Shown here: positions 13,371 to 25,636 of the stretch, one piece after another
How positions within the stretch are numbered: the first letter of the stretch is position 1
Layout of the letters: the number at the start of each line of letters is the position of its first letter
DNA from: Eledone cirrhosa
Taxonomy: Eukaryota
Direction of reading: 5' to 3'
DNA length: 64,000 bases
Assembly (NCBI GenBank): GCA_964016885.1
Contig: OZ024765.1
Span: 3,534,001 to 3,598,000, forward strand
Program-made: the position numbers and the translations under genes
The notes under the pieces: model-generated
The model's database searches: none
Told to the model about the DNA's origin: nothing
What the model saw: the letters and a program-made list of their open reading frames with translations, nothing else

Positions 13371-13413
13371 ACGCTGTACTAGTTTCAAGCTTATTAGCTA
13401 TCGTCAGCAACGT
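13371..13413 (-). ncRNA. Minimal type I HHR, family E
   Basis: rc: ACGTTG-CTGACGA-TAGCT(AATA)AGCTT-GAAA-CTAG-TA^CAGCGT, inside a dispersed element at about 13110-13515. Confidence 0.8.
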
Positions 13414-13514
13414 ATACCTTCCTGACAGATTGTTGAACGTATATACTTACCTTATGCATATTAACGGCTGAGTAGCCCAATTTGCATATCGAGTGGGTTA
13501 ATCGGCCGGGTGCA

Positions 13515-13584
<70 letters not shown>

Positions 13585-13743
13585 CATAGAGAGAGAGAGA
13601 GACATAGAGAGAGAGAGAGAACATTTAAAAAAAAAATATATATATATATATGCGTGTGTGTGTGTATAGTGTCATGGGGCCCTGTCAGACATACAGAAAG
13701 GGAGAGCTGTGTGTTATGTACAGAGCTATATAGCATTATAATT

Positions 13744-13863
13744 TCTGAGTTGGAATCCCACCGAGGTTAATTTTGCCTTTCATCTTTACGGGGTCGATAA
13801 AATAAAGTACCAGTAATGCACTGGAGTAATTGCTGGCCTTGTGCCAAAAGGTAGAAACAATTC
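13744..13863 (+). mobile_element. SINE family 1, 5'-truncated
   Basis: CTGAGTTGGAATCCCACCGAGG...GGGGTCGATAAAATAAAGTACCAG...GTAGAAACAATT. Confidence 0.85.
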
Positions 13864-14367
13864 TAATTTCACAATACCATTGCTTGCTACCGATGGTTTC
13901 AAAGCTTACTCTAGTATAGGTCATGGAGACATTATTCGTGCTAGCTCTTGCTTATTGTTCAGACAAGGGCGACCAACTTATATATATACACATGTATATA
14001 TATATATGTGTGTGTGGGGGGGGGGGGCTTAGTGTTTAGGTATATAAACATATATGGACACACACATATTTCTACATTTAAAATATAATATATATATATA
14101 TGTATATATTTATTATTTAATAAACAACATAAGGCAATTATTCCATTTGCCTTATGTTGTTTATTAAATAATAATTAAGCTCTGTTACCTACATAGAGCA
14201 CTCTTTTTTCCTGGACTTTCCCGACGGAATTACTTCATTCATACATATATATGTATATATACAAATATATGTGCGTTTACTTGTATATATGTATACGCAT
14301 ATAAAAAGTCATATACAGTATATACAAGTGCCCATGTGTGTGTATATATATATGTATCTCTCTCGCG

Positions 14368-14379
<12 letters not shown>

Positions 14380-14398
<19 letters not shown>

Positions 14399-14405
14399 CA
14401 TCTTC

Positions 14406-14488
<83 letters not shown>

Positions 14489-14491
14489 TTC

Positions 14492-14562
<71 letters not shown>

Positions 14563-14568
14563 TTCCTA

Positions 14569-14636
<68 letters not shown>

Positions 14637-14642
14637 TTCCTA

Positions 14643-14699
<57 letters not shown>

Positions 14700-14816
14700 C
14701 TTTCTCTCTCTCTCTATATATATATATTATATATATATATTATATATATATATATATATCTATACATCTTCCTATCTCTCTCTCTCTCTATATATATATA
14801 TCTATACATCTTCCTA

Positions 14817-14857
<41 letters not shown>

Positions 14858-14864
14858 CTTCCTA

Positions 14865-14907
<43 letters not shown>

Positions 14908-15078
14908 CTTCCTATCTCTCTCTCTCTCTATATATATATATACATCTTCCTATATCTCTCTTTCTATATATATATATATATATACATCTTCCTATCTCTC
15001 TCTCTCTATATATATATATATATACATCTTCCTATATCTCTCTCTCTCTATATATATATATATCTATACATCTTCCTA

Positions 15079-15120
<42 letters not shown>

Positions 15121-15130
15121 CATCTTCCTA

Positions 15131-15164
<34 letters not shown>

Positions 15165-15214
15165 CATCTTCCTATCTCTCTCTCTCTATATATATATATA
15201 TACACATCTTCCTA

Positions 15215-15248
<34 letters not shown>

Positions 15249-15258
15249 CATCTTCCTA

Positions 15259-15298
<40 letters not shown>

Positions 15299-15348
15299 CA
15301 TCTTCCTATCTCTCTCTCTCTCTCTATATATATATATACATCTTCCTA

Positions 15349-15388
<40 letters not shown>

Positions 15389-15398
15389 CATCTTCCTA

Positions 15399-15434
<36 letters not shown>

Positions 15435-15446
15435 CATCTTCCTATA

Positions 15447-15492
<46 letters not shown>

Positions 15493-15620
15493 TTCCTCTC
15501 TCTCTCTATATATATATATATATCTTCCTATCTCTCTCTCTCTATATATATATATATATACACATCTTCCTCTCTCTCTCTCTCTATATATATATATACA
15601 CATCTTCCTCTCTCTCTACA
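14380..15620. repeat. Compound minisatellite CATCTTCCTA(TC)n(TA)n
   Basis: More than 20 units, each a fixed anchor plus variable-length dinucleotide runs. Confidence 0.95.
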
Positions 15621-16020
15621 CACACACATACACACACAGAGACACAGATAGTCTGAAGCGGTGGGTAGGCTCAAACTACTTCAGATATTAAGAGTGTCCT
15701 TGAAAAGGAAGGGGAGGCGAGAGGAGAAGGGAGAGGTTGAAAAGGAGGTAAAGCAGGTGGAGGAAGGGGGAGGGTAGTAATAAGAAGAAGGGGTAGAGGG
15801 AAGGTCTTTAGTTCTAGTTCTGACAAAGACCGTCTTGAATACCTATTTCCTCTGTATACACACTGAATCACTGTATACAAGGTGTGTATATATATATATA
15901 TACACATATACACATATATATATATTTATATATGTGTATATATATATATACATCTATATATATATATATTCAAACACTCATACTATCCTTTTTATAAATA
16001 TATATGTGTGTATATATATA

Positions 16021-16094
<74 letters not shown>

Positions 16095-16161
16095 TATACA
16101 CACATGTATATATATACACACACATTTATATATATATATATATATAGTTTTAATATAGATG

Positions 16162-16210
16162 AGATTCTACAGGACTAGAACTGTTTCATTCTTTAGAAAT
16201 CATCAGGAAT

Positions 16211-16212
<2 letters not shown>
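16162..16212 (-). ncRNA. Type I HHR, family B (second direct copy at 16360-16406)
   Basis: rc: AGATTC-CTGATGA-TTTC(TAAA)GAAT-GAAA-CAG(TTCTAGTC)CTG-TA^GAATCT. Confidence 0.85.
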
Positions 16213-16293
<81 letters not shown>

Positions 16294-16421
16294 ATATGTA
16301 TGTATGTGTATATATATATATGTTGAAATAGATATATATATATCGTTTTAATATAGATGAGATTCTACAGGACTAGAACTGTTTCATTCTTTAGAAATCA
16401 TCAGGATATATATATGTGTGT

Positions 16422-16822
16422 GTAGGAGGTGAGTTTTATTGCAGCACAATAAAGCAATGCAAATATCGGATAAGTAGCACTCTACAGTTTGTAGGATTGG
16501 AGTATACATAATATACAAGATCAAAAGATGGTTAAAAGAGTTCCATGTATTTTATTATGCGCATTTCAAAAACAAATATCATCATGGGATGATATCTGCG
16601 TTCTCATCAGATAAAATAGGGAGACATGATATGAAGCTTAAAAAACACTTGTGAATATGTTGATTTAAAACTTCACTGCTCGCAAGTGTTTTTTAAGCTT
16701 CATATTATGTCTCCCTATTTTATCTGATGAGAACGCATATATCATCCCATGATATTTGTTTTTGAAATGCGCATAATAAAATACTTGGAACTCTTCTAAC
16801 CATCTTTTGATCTTGTATTATA

Positions 16823-16825
<3 letters not shown>
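16422..16825. mobile_element. Palindromic family A element; HHRs at 16548-16618 (-) and 16716-16783 (+)
   Basis: Inverted arms, each with CTGATGA...GAAATGCGCATA^ATAAAATA. Confidence 0.8.
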
Positions 16826-16860
<35 letters not shown>

Positions 16861-16863
<3 letters not shown>

Positions 16864-17019
16864 AACGAGTAGGACCCCGACGGCTGAGCTCAAGCCGTTA
16901 ATTAGCCGTCGAAACGGCTTGAGCTCAGCCGTCAGGGTCCTACTACCCACTCTACTACCCTAAGTATTGAGTACTGTGGTGCGTTATGGTCCACCTGGTT
17001 CCTTACCATATTTCCTTCG

Positions 17020-17020
<1 letters not shown>
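16861..17020. mobile_element. Fold-back family K element (3' half of HHR)
   Basis: GAAACGGCT(TGAGCTC)AGCCGTC^ plus inverted copy. Also at 17581, 32941, 43451 and 48807. Confidence 0.65.
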
Positions 17021-17049
<29 letters not shown>

Positions 17050-17055
<6 letters not shown>

Positions 17056-17562
17056 AGTTTATGTTGGTTGTATACCAACACCTAGTATGCAGGTTGGAGC
17101 ACTCGACGAAGTGCGCAGGTTGGTTTGGTTACTCCGGAGTAGTGTAGAATAAAGTTAAATAAAACAAATGATTAAAATTTAGCTTCGTTTATTACTGCTA
17201 TATATATTTCAGTGACAGCCATCTTTGGCTGTGACCTCTTCAGGCAGTTTGAATTAGTATGGTATAGACAAGTACATATGTTGTTTAGGTGTATGATATT
17301 GTCAATACTCTGATATGCCCAGTTCCTTGTTGGGTTGTTAATGACTCCAGTTCCCCAGTGAATTAACAACCCAACAAGGAACTGGGCATATCAGAGTATT
17401 GACAATATCATACACCTAAACAACATATGTACTTGTCTATACCATACTAATTCAAACTGCCTGAAGAGGTCACAGCCAAAGATGGCTGTCACTGAAATAT
17501 ATATAGCAGTAATAAACGAAGCTAAATTTTAATCATTTGACTTTTATTTAACTTTATTCTAT
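17050..17562. mobile_element. Palindromic family C element; HHRs at 17194-17248 (-) and 17456-17510 (+)
   Basis: ACTGC-CTGAAGA-GGTCACAGCCA(AAGA)TGGCTGTCACT-GAAA-T(ATAT)A-TA^GCAGT. About 190-bp inverted arms. Confidence 0.85.
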
Positions 17563-17794
17563 ATATATATATATATATGTGAAAAGATTCAGGACCCCGA
17601 CGGCTGAGCTCTGGCCGTTTCGGCAGCTAGATCCGAACTAAAGCCTTTAGATCAGATCTAGCTGTCGAAACGGCCGGAGCTCAGCCGTCGGGGTCCTGAA
17701 TCTTTTCATATTACCCACTCTACTACCCCAAGTATGGAGTACTCTGGTGGGTTACGGACTAGCTCAGGCATGTCAAACTGAGGGTCACCCGAGG

Positions 17795-17963
17795 CTGGGC
17801 TGTCTTAACAGCATTATAGCCCCCCCCCCCCCCCCGGGCAAAGCAGAGGACTGGGGTCCCTACATACACAACCACTCACAGGAATAAAAATACAAATGGG
17901 CTCCCTATCCTCGTGGGGCCCCCGGGAAACTGCCCAGCGTGCCCATGCGTTAAGACGGCCCTG
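17795..17963. mobile_element. Nested hAT-type MITE
   Basis: TIRs CTGGGCTGTCTTAAC / GTTAAGACGGCCCTG; TSD ACCCGAGG / CCCCGAGG. Confidence 0.75.
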
Positions 17964-18092
17964 CCCCGAGGGCCAAATGGGTCACATGTGTTGTCTGAGG
18001 GCCACAAATGACAACTAATTGCACACATTACAATATTTTTTTTAATTTTATATTACGAAGATAAAATATGCTGGCGCAGCAAAAACCCTTGT

Positions 18093-18800
18093 GCGGGCCA
18101 CAGGTGTGCCTCTAAAGGGCAGCCCGCGGGCCACAGGTGTGCCTCTAAAGGGCAGCCCGCGGGCCACAGGTGTGCCTCTAAAGGGCAGCCCGCGGCCCAC
18201 AGGTGTGCCTCTAAAGGGCAGCCCGCGGGCCACAGGTGTGCCTCTAAAGGGCAGCCCGCGGTCCACAGGTGTGCCTCTAAAGGGCAGCCCGCGGGCCACA
18301 GGTGTGCCTCTAAAGGGCAGCCCGCGGGCCACAGGTGTGCCTCTAAAGGGCAGCCCGCGGGCCACAGGTGTGCCTATAAAAGGGCAGCCCGCGGGCCACA
18401 GGTGTGCCTCTAAAGGGCAGCCCGCGGCCCACAGGTGTGCCTCCAAAGGGCAGCCCGCGGTCCACAGGTGTGCCTATAAAAGGGCAGCCCGCGGTCCACA
18501 GGTGTGCCTCTAAAGGGCAGCCCGCGGGCCACAGGTGTGCCTATAAAAGGGCAGCCCGCGGTCCACAGGTGTGCCTATAAAAGGGCAGCCCGCGGGCCAC
18601 AGGTGTGCCTCTAAAGGGCAGCCCGCGGCCCACAGGTGTGCCTCTAAAGGGCAACCCGCGGCCCACAGGTGTGTCTCTAATGGGCAGCCCGCGGACCACA
18701 GGTGTGCCTATAAAAGGGCAGCCCGCGGGTCATAGGTGTGCCTCTAAGGCGCAGCCCGTGGGCTGCAGGCGTGTCACTAAAGGGCAACCCGTGGGCCGCA
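18093..18800. repeat. 33-bp GC-rich minisatellite (about 21 copies)
   Basis: Unit GCGGGCCACAGGTGTGCCTCTAAAGGGCAGCCC; explains the RATGVPLKGSP ORFs. Confidence 0.96.
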
Positions 18801-20244
18801 TGTTTGACATGCCTGGTCTAGTTGGTTTCTATCACACCCTATCATATATATGATGAGTCTTGTTACTCGGGAGTTTTCACCTGTGTATTCACAGGAGCAT
18901 CAGACGTGGCAGTGGTGGTGGTGACTGTGGAGGTGTTGGCGGTGGTGGCAGTGGTGGTGTTGGCGGTGGTGGCAGTGGAGGTGTTGGCGGTGGTGGCAGT
19001 GGTGGTGTTGGCGGTGGTGGTGTTGGCGGTGGTGGTGACTGTGGAGGTGTTGGCGGTGGTGGCAGTGGAGGTGTTGGCGGTGGTGGTGTTAGTGGCAGTG
19101 GTGGTGTTGGCGGTGGTGGTGTTGGTGGCAGTGGTGGTGTTGGCAGTGGTGGTGGTGGCGGTGGTGACTATGGAGGTGTTGGCGGTGGCAGTGGTGGTGT
19201 TGGCAGTGGAGGTGTTGGCGGTGGTGGTGTTAGTGGCAGTGGTGGTGTTGGCAGTGGTGGTGGTGGTGTTGGTGGCGGTGAAAGTTGGTGGAGGTGCTAA
19301 CAGTAGGGGGTGAAAGTTGGTGGTAGTGGTGGCAGTGGTGGTGTTGGCAGTGGTGGTGATGGTGGCAGAGGTGGTGGTGGCAGTGGTGGTGGTGGCAGTG
19401 GTGGTGTTGGCAGTGGTGGTGATGGTGGCAGAGGTGGTGGTGGCAGTGGTGGTGTTGGCAATGGTGGTGGTGGCAGTGGTGGTGATGGTGGCAGAGGTGG
19501 TGGTGGCAGTGGTTATGGTGGTGGTGAAAGTTGGTGGACGTGCTGACAGTGGAGGTGTTGGCGGTGGGGGGATGAAAGTTGGCGGTGGTGGTGGCAGTGG
19601 TGGTGTTGGCGGTGGTGATGGCAGTGGTAATGGTGGCGGTGAAAGTTGGTGGAGGTGCTAACAGTGGGGGGTGAAAGTTGGTGGTAGTGGTGGCAGTGGT
19701 GGTGTAAGTTGGTGGAGGTGGTGTTGGCGCCGGCACTCGTGGTAGTGTTGGGCGTGGTCAATTGTTGTGGTGGTGGTGGTGGTGGTGACGTTGGTGGAGA
19801 TGGTGTTGATGATGGTGGTGGTGTTGATAGGTGGTGGGGGTAGTGGGTGGTGGTGGTGTTGGTGGTGGTGGCGGTGTCGTGTTTATGACCGAGATTCTCT
19901 GGGGCATGTATCGTATGTCTATTTGACGATTCATAGCCGACATATCGTGTCACTGTAGCTGGGCTATCTCGGCACACACACACACACACATACATACATA
20001 TACACACACACAGTCACACAGACACACACATACCCCTAAACAAATTTACACACATTAAACAAACATACAAACATACACAGACACACACACACACCTTTTC
20101 ATTTATACAAAAAAATATACATTTTTAGACATAAATATACATACATTTGTATACACACACATATATATAAACATAGTCAAATACACACACACACACACAT
20201 ATATATATATGAACAAATGGAAACTATATTTATAAAACCATATT

Positions 20245-20304
20245 TATTTCATTATACATATTTCAAGGACACCAAGTTATGGTGTGCTTTCATCAGATAA
20301 AATA
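20245..20304 (-). ncRNA. Type I HHR, family D
   Basis: rc CTGATGA-AAGCACACCA..TGGTGTCCTT-GAAATATGTATA^ATGAAATA. Confidence 0.72.
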
Positions 20305-20347
20305 TAATATAGATCATTTTTATAAATAAATATTGGCATACCCTTAA

Positions 20348-20533
20348 ATAATTGTTTCTACTATTGGCACAAGGCCAGAAATTATCCAGTACATTACTGG
20401 TACTTTATTTTATCGACCCCCGTAAGGATGAAAGGCAAAGTTAACCTCGGCGGGATTTGAACTCAGAATGGCAAGGGCCGTAACTCTATGCGTCAAAGCA
20501 TGGCGTCCGACCCTCTACCGATACTGCCAATCA
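20348..20533 (-). mobile_element. SINE family 1
   Basis: Same consensus as 55023-55209. Confidence 0.88.
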
Positions 20534-20786
20534 ATGCAACCATTTCTGTTGGAAGCTCCCGGATAGTAAATATATAAATATATATGCGGTGCCCCAGCAT
20601 GGCCTCAGCCGGATGGCTGAAACAGGTAAAAGAGTAAAAGAGTATATATATATATCCTGAATGGAAAAGAATGAAACGAAATTTCATTTCTCACTCTTAG
20701 TACGGCTGATACCTAAATGTAAGTATGTATACGTACATGCATATATGTGTATAGACGTACAGTAGTATGTATATACATACATACAT

Positions 20787-20819
<33 letters not shown>

Positions 20820-20942
20820 CGTATGGGTTTACCGAACATTTATTATAATGTTCAGTTTGTTTGTAAACAAACAAACATCCCAAATTAAGCCGTACAGTGT
20901 TCGGCAACCATCGTCGCCCTTTTGTTCAACACTGACAGAGGA

Positions 20943-20985
20943 ACGATGTACTAGTTTCAAGCTTATTAGCTATCGTCAGCATCGT
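20943..20985 (-). ncRNA. Minimal type I HHR, family E
   Basis: rc ACGATG-CTGACGA-TAGCTAATAAGCTT-GAAACTAGTA^CATCGT. Stem I is compensated relative to the 13371 copy. Confidence 0.82.
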
Positions 20986-21659
20986 ATACCTTCCTGTCAT
21001 ATACATACTTATATATATATATATCCTACTATATACAGGAGGTGTGTGTGTGTGTGTGTGTGTGTGTGTACACCATTATGTACATTCATGTATGTATATA
21101 TCACCGAGTATTTTTCCATGTTTTACAATATAAAATCTTAAAGAATGACTTCATATATGTGTGTGAGTGTGTGTGTGTGTGAGAGAGTGTGTGTGTCTGT
21201 GTGTGTGTACATATATAATTAGAATTTAGCTTCAAGATAGCTGTTTACATATAAATATGTGTGTGCGTGTATTTGTGACTTATTTATTTACATTAGATGG
21301 TATTTGTATATGTTTATTTATGTTTGCATGTGTGTATGTATTTGTGTTTGTGAGTTTACATATACGTATGTATGTATATATATATATATATATATATATT
21401 ATGTCAGGTCACCAGTTGGTGCTACTGGTAACATGTATCCCAGTACAACCTGTCTCATGGTCGGGTCGTTGGCGACTAAACTGGCAACCCCACCAAGGTT
21501 TCTTGGTGAGGAGGGTGACTGGACATCCTGCAGGACTAAAAACAAAACCTGTCAAAGGGCAAAGGAGCTCTTAAGAGTCAATGGCCATCCAAAATCACCG
21601 GGAGAGATGACCCCTTAGCCTTTGTCAAGGCAGAATTCTAGGAGAAGGAAAACTCTGAT

Positions 21660-22006
21660 ATAACACCTGCAACCCTGATGGTATCCAATGATGTTGACTT
21701 GTTCTTCTTTTTGGTAAATATCATCTTGGTTAAGAGAGTGGGACTGGCTTTGTGCAGTGCCTTTCCTCACTATAAAAGCTTCACAGCACAGGCATTGCTT
21801 TATATCTGGAGAGCTCTCTGCACTTGTCGTCACATGGTACCATGGGCCCAGCACTATGTGTCAATAATTGTCACAAGTGTAGTGTTTGTACCAGAGTTTT
21901 CAAGTCGCTGGCTGGACTAAAAAGTCACACTTGTTTAGCGCATCAGTAGGAGTTCTCCTACATGGATATAAAGTAGTGGCCGTACTCGAAAACGAGTTGG
22001 CAGCCA

Positions 22007-22008
<2 letters not shown>
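21660..22008 (-). repeat. Unclassified dispersed repeat; permuted homolog at 59540-59880
   Basis: High identity between the two loci, in opposite orientation. Confidence 0.8.
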
Positions 22009-22078
<70 letters not shown>

Positions 22079-22299
22079 GCCGGAACCATATATATATATA
22101 TATATGCTTCCGGCTCCTTTATTAAGTAATACCTTGACTTCTTCCCCCACCATTCCCGCTCAACTACTTCGAGGACGCCTTTCCCCATTTATATTAGCAA
22201 CACCACCACCACCACCACCACTATCATCATGAGCATCAGCATTAACACCATTAATACATATCTGAATGTTTTCTTGACCCTGAGGCGTCAATAAACATT

Positions 22300-23350
22300 T
22301 GACATTTCCTTGATTGCGACTCAGTGGCAGCGTTTGACACTTGGTTGATCCTGAGGCAGGAAAAACTTTTGAGACTTGCTTGATTCTGAGTCAGTTATTT
22401 ACGTTTGATACTTGCTTGATCCTAGAATCAGTAGTAATACACTTTTGACACTTGACACTTGCTTGATCCTGAGTCAGATATTCACGTTTGATACTGGCTT
22501 GATCTTGAGTCAGATACTCACGTTTGATACTGGCTTGATCCCGAGTCAGATATTCACGTTTGATACTGGCTTGATCCCGAGTCAGATATTCACGGTTGAT
22601 AACTAGATACTTGCTTGATACCGAGTCAGATACTCACAGTTGATTCTTACTTGAACTTGAGTCAGTTATTCACGCTGGATAAGTTGATACTTGCTTGATC
22701 CTGAGTCAGTTGTTCACGGTGGATAAGTTGATACTTGCTTGATCCTGAGTCACTTATTCACGGTTGATAACTAGATACTTGCTTGATACCGAGTCAGATA
22801 CTCACAGTTGATTCTTTTCTTACTTGAACTTGAGTCAGTTATTCACGCTGGATAAGTTGATACTTGCTTGATCCTGAGTCAGTTGTTCACGGTGGATAAG
22901 TTGATACTTGTTTGATCCTGAGTCACTTATTCACTCTCGATAATTGCTTGATCCCGAGTCAGATATTCACAGTTGATACTTACTTGAACTTGAGTCAGTT
23001 ATTCACGGTGAATAAGTTGATACTTGCTTGATCCTGAGTCATTTATTCACTGTTGATAAGTTGATAGTTGCTTGATTCTGAGGCACTTATTCACGATTGA
23101 TAGTTGTTTGATCATGAGTCAGTTACTCACGGTTGATAGTTTCTTGATCCTGAGTCACTTATTCACGGTTGATACTTGCTTGATCCCGAGTCACTTATTC
23201 ACGGTTGATAGTTGCTTGATCCTGAGTCAGTTATTCGAGGTGGATAAGTTGATACTTGCTTGATCCCGAGAGTCAGTTACTCACGTTGGATATTTGTTTG
23301 ATCCTGAGTCAGATATTCACGGTAGATAAGTTGATACTTGCTTGATCAAG
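22300..23350. repeat. Degenerate 36/45-bp minisatellite (GATACTTGCTTGATCCTGAGTCAGTTATTCACGGTT)
   Basis: TGATCCTGAGTCA core recurs throughout. Confidence 0.9.
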
Positions 23351-23779
23351 AGGACGCAGCCATCGGCTGTCCATAGTCATTTTAAAACTAATTAATTACC
23401 TTTTCTTTGCCATTCAGTTTGCGGTCGACACTCCTACGCCACAAAGCTGTGCTTTATTTGTTATTTGTGAACATTTGCAGGTTTGTACTTTTCTAGGAAG
23501 TTTAATCCTTGCTTTTGTTTCGTTTTGCGTCAACCATTACGAATGACAATTGCAAAAGAAAACAGGCAAAAGAAAAACAGAGAGTGACAAACAAATACGT
23601 ATATAGTAAGTGTGTGTGAATTTTGTGAAGAGATGGGAAAGTTGACTCATATTTATAGCGTGTCCTTCAGGGGGAAACTCGTTGTGTATTGTTTGAAGAA
23701 AGAATTTCTCACACAGGAGAAGACAAATGTTGTAGGTAGACACAAACAAGTCTAAAGTCTGACTCGAACCAGGACTCTC

Positions 23780-24125
23780 ATCAGGCCGGTTCTTATCCAG
23801 GTTTCTGTGACGTTAAACGACTGAGTGTACAAGACACTCCTTTGATAGAACGTAGTCCATAGCAGGGTTAAACCCTCCAAATATTCCTGGCACTCATTTT
23901 CAGCTGAGTATGATGTTGGAGCAACATGAAATGAAATGTTTTGCTCAAGAACACAACACACAACCCAGTCCAGGAATCGAACACACGACATTACGATCGT
24001 AAACCCAACACCTTTACCACTGGAGCAATGTAAAATGAAGTGTCTTGTTTAAGAACACAACACACAACCCAGTCCAGGAATCGAACTCACGACATTACGA
24101 TCGTAAGCCCAACACCTTTACCACA
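23780..24125 (-). mobile_element. tRNA-derived SINE family 2 with duplicated head
   Basis: rc has B-box GTTCGATTCC followed by TTGAGCAA-ACA-TT-ATTTCA. Homologs at 35925-36030 (+) and 50150-50310 (-). Confidence 0.75.
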
Positions 24126-24159
24126 AGGAAGACACAACAAAACATAAATTGTCAGACAC

Positions 24160-24330
24160 GTTAGGGCGTCGGACGAAAAATACCTTCGTATTTTGTTCTG
24201 ACTCATTGCGTTCTGAGTTCAAATCCCACCGAGGGAAACATTGCCCTTCGTTCTTCCGAGGTCGATAAAATAAAGTACCAGTAATGTACTGGGGTTGGTT
24301 GGCCTTGTATCAAAGTTAGAAATTACTATT
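24160..24330 (+). mobile_element. Diverged SINE family 1
   Basis: CTGAGTTCAAATCCCACCGAGG...GGTCGATAAAATAAAGTACCAGTAATGTACTGG. Confidence 0.8.
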
Positions 24331-24895
24331 TTTATAGCCTGGTGGTGGTGGTGGTGGTGGTGTGGTTCGGGGCAAAATCGGTAGAGCATCGCACAAAATG
24401 ATTTGCGGCATTTAGTTACGACTTTTTACGGTCTGGTTTCGAATCCCGCCCGCGTGCGCCTGTGTGCGTATGTGTGTGTGTAAATGAAGGTGTGTGTGTG
24501 TGTGTGTATGTATTTCTAAGTGTGAAAGTGTGCGTGTGTGTGTGTGTGAGTGTGTGTATAAATGTATGTGTGTGTGTGTGTAAATGTATGTGTATGTGCG
24601 TAAGTGTATGTGTGTGTGTAAATGTATGTGTGTGTGTGTCTGTGTATGTGTAAGTGTGTAACTACGTGTGTCTAAGTATGTGTATGTATGTGTAAGTATG
24701 CGTTTATGTATGTGTAAGTATGTGTGTGAGTGTGAGTGTGTATAAACGTATGTGTAAGTATGTAAGTATGTGTGTGTGTTTGTATGTAATTATGTATGTG
24801 TGTATGTGTTCAAAGATCTGAAAAAGTTCCTATTGAAAATTAAAAACCAGTACGAGTAACAAGTTGTTTGACAGCTGTTTGTCTGTCTGTCTATA

Positions 24896-24932
<37 letters not shown>

Positions 24933-24955
24933 GCATATATGTATGTCTGTCTGCA

Positions 24956-25592
24956 TTGGTACACTGCTCGGGCGTAGCCGATCTGTGGGGCTATGTCGAA
25001 CAACTGCTGTCAAGGGTGGGACCGATCCGGTTGACCACCGAGTCTATTGTAATGATCAAGCCGCCTCCCCCCTTCAAAGATGAAGCAGAGGCGGTGTTTC
25101 TGTGCGTAATAGCCATGGCGAAAGAGGTTGTATGGTGGACGCGTCTGAAAGGACTGAGGTCAGGCACCTTTCTCTCTGGCCAACAACTGGTCCGTTTCTT
25201 CCGATATCATTTCGGAAGAAGGATCAGGATGGAGAGAGAGGTGCTCCACCCCAGTCGTTTTTATGAAAGGTGGGTGAAAGTGGCGAGAATGGCCCGTGTG
25301 AATGGGCCTTCTCTTTACATAAGCCTGTAGGTGAAAAAGAGGAAGGAACGAGGGAGCACCCCCTCTCTGTGCTCCTGAGGAAAAGGGTTGCACACTTTTT
25401 TCGGGGGTGTGTGCGACCCCCCAAGGCGCCTCCTCTCTATTGAGGATTTTGTTATAAATTTTATTTTTTGTTATATTTTATTTTATTTTTATATTTTGTT
25501 ATTGCCTCCTCCTTATTGAGGACGCCTTTTTGTGTAAACTCCCCCCTTTGTACTTGTCCCACTTTTGATGCCCTGGTGGCAAATAAAAGAAA
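24956..25592 (+). mobile_element. Tx1/L1-like LINE 3' end (5'-truncated) in (TCTG)n
   Basis: LVHCSGVADLWGYVEQLL...AKEVVWWTR...F.ERW resembles the region after the ORF2 zinc knuckle. 3' UTR has AATAAA at 25582. Confidence 0.65.
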
Positions 25593-25636
25593 CATATCTG
25601 TCTGTTTGTCTATATATCTATCTATCCATCTATCTA

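Larger units (their letters stand above)
17765..18815. mobile_element. Non-autonomous hAT (Charlie-like) element with internal minisatellite
   Basis: TIRs CAGGCATGTCAAAC / GTTTGACATGCCTG; degenerate 8-bp TSD GACTAGCT / GTCTAGTT. Confidence 0.8.

Noticed and set aside
14271-15691. Three ORFs over 430 aa
   Set aside because: Dinucleotide repeat translations open in all frames.
18048-18853. Repeat-protein ORFs (RATGVPLKGSP)n
   Set aside because: 33-bp minisatellite inside a hAT element; 34-bp units shift the frame.
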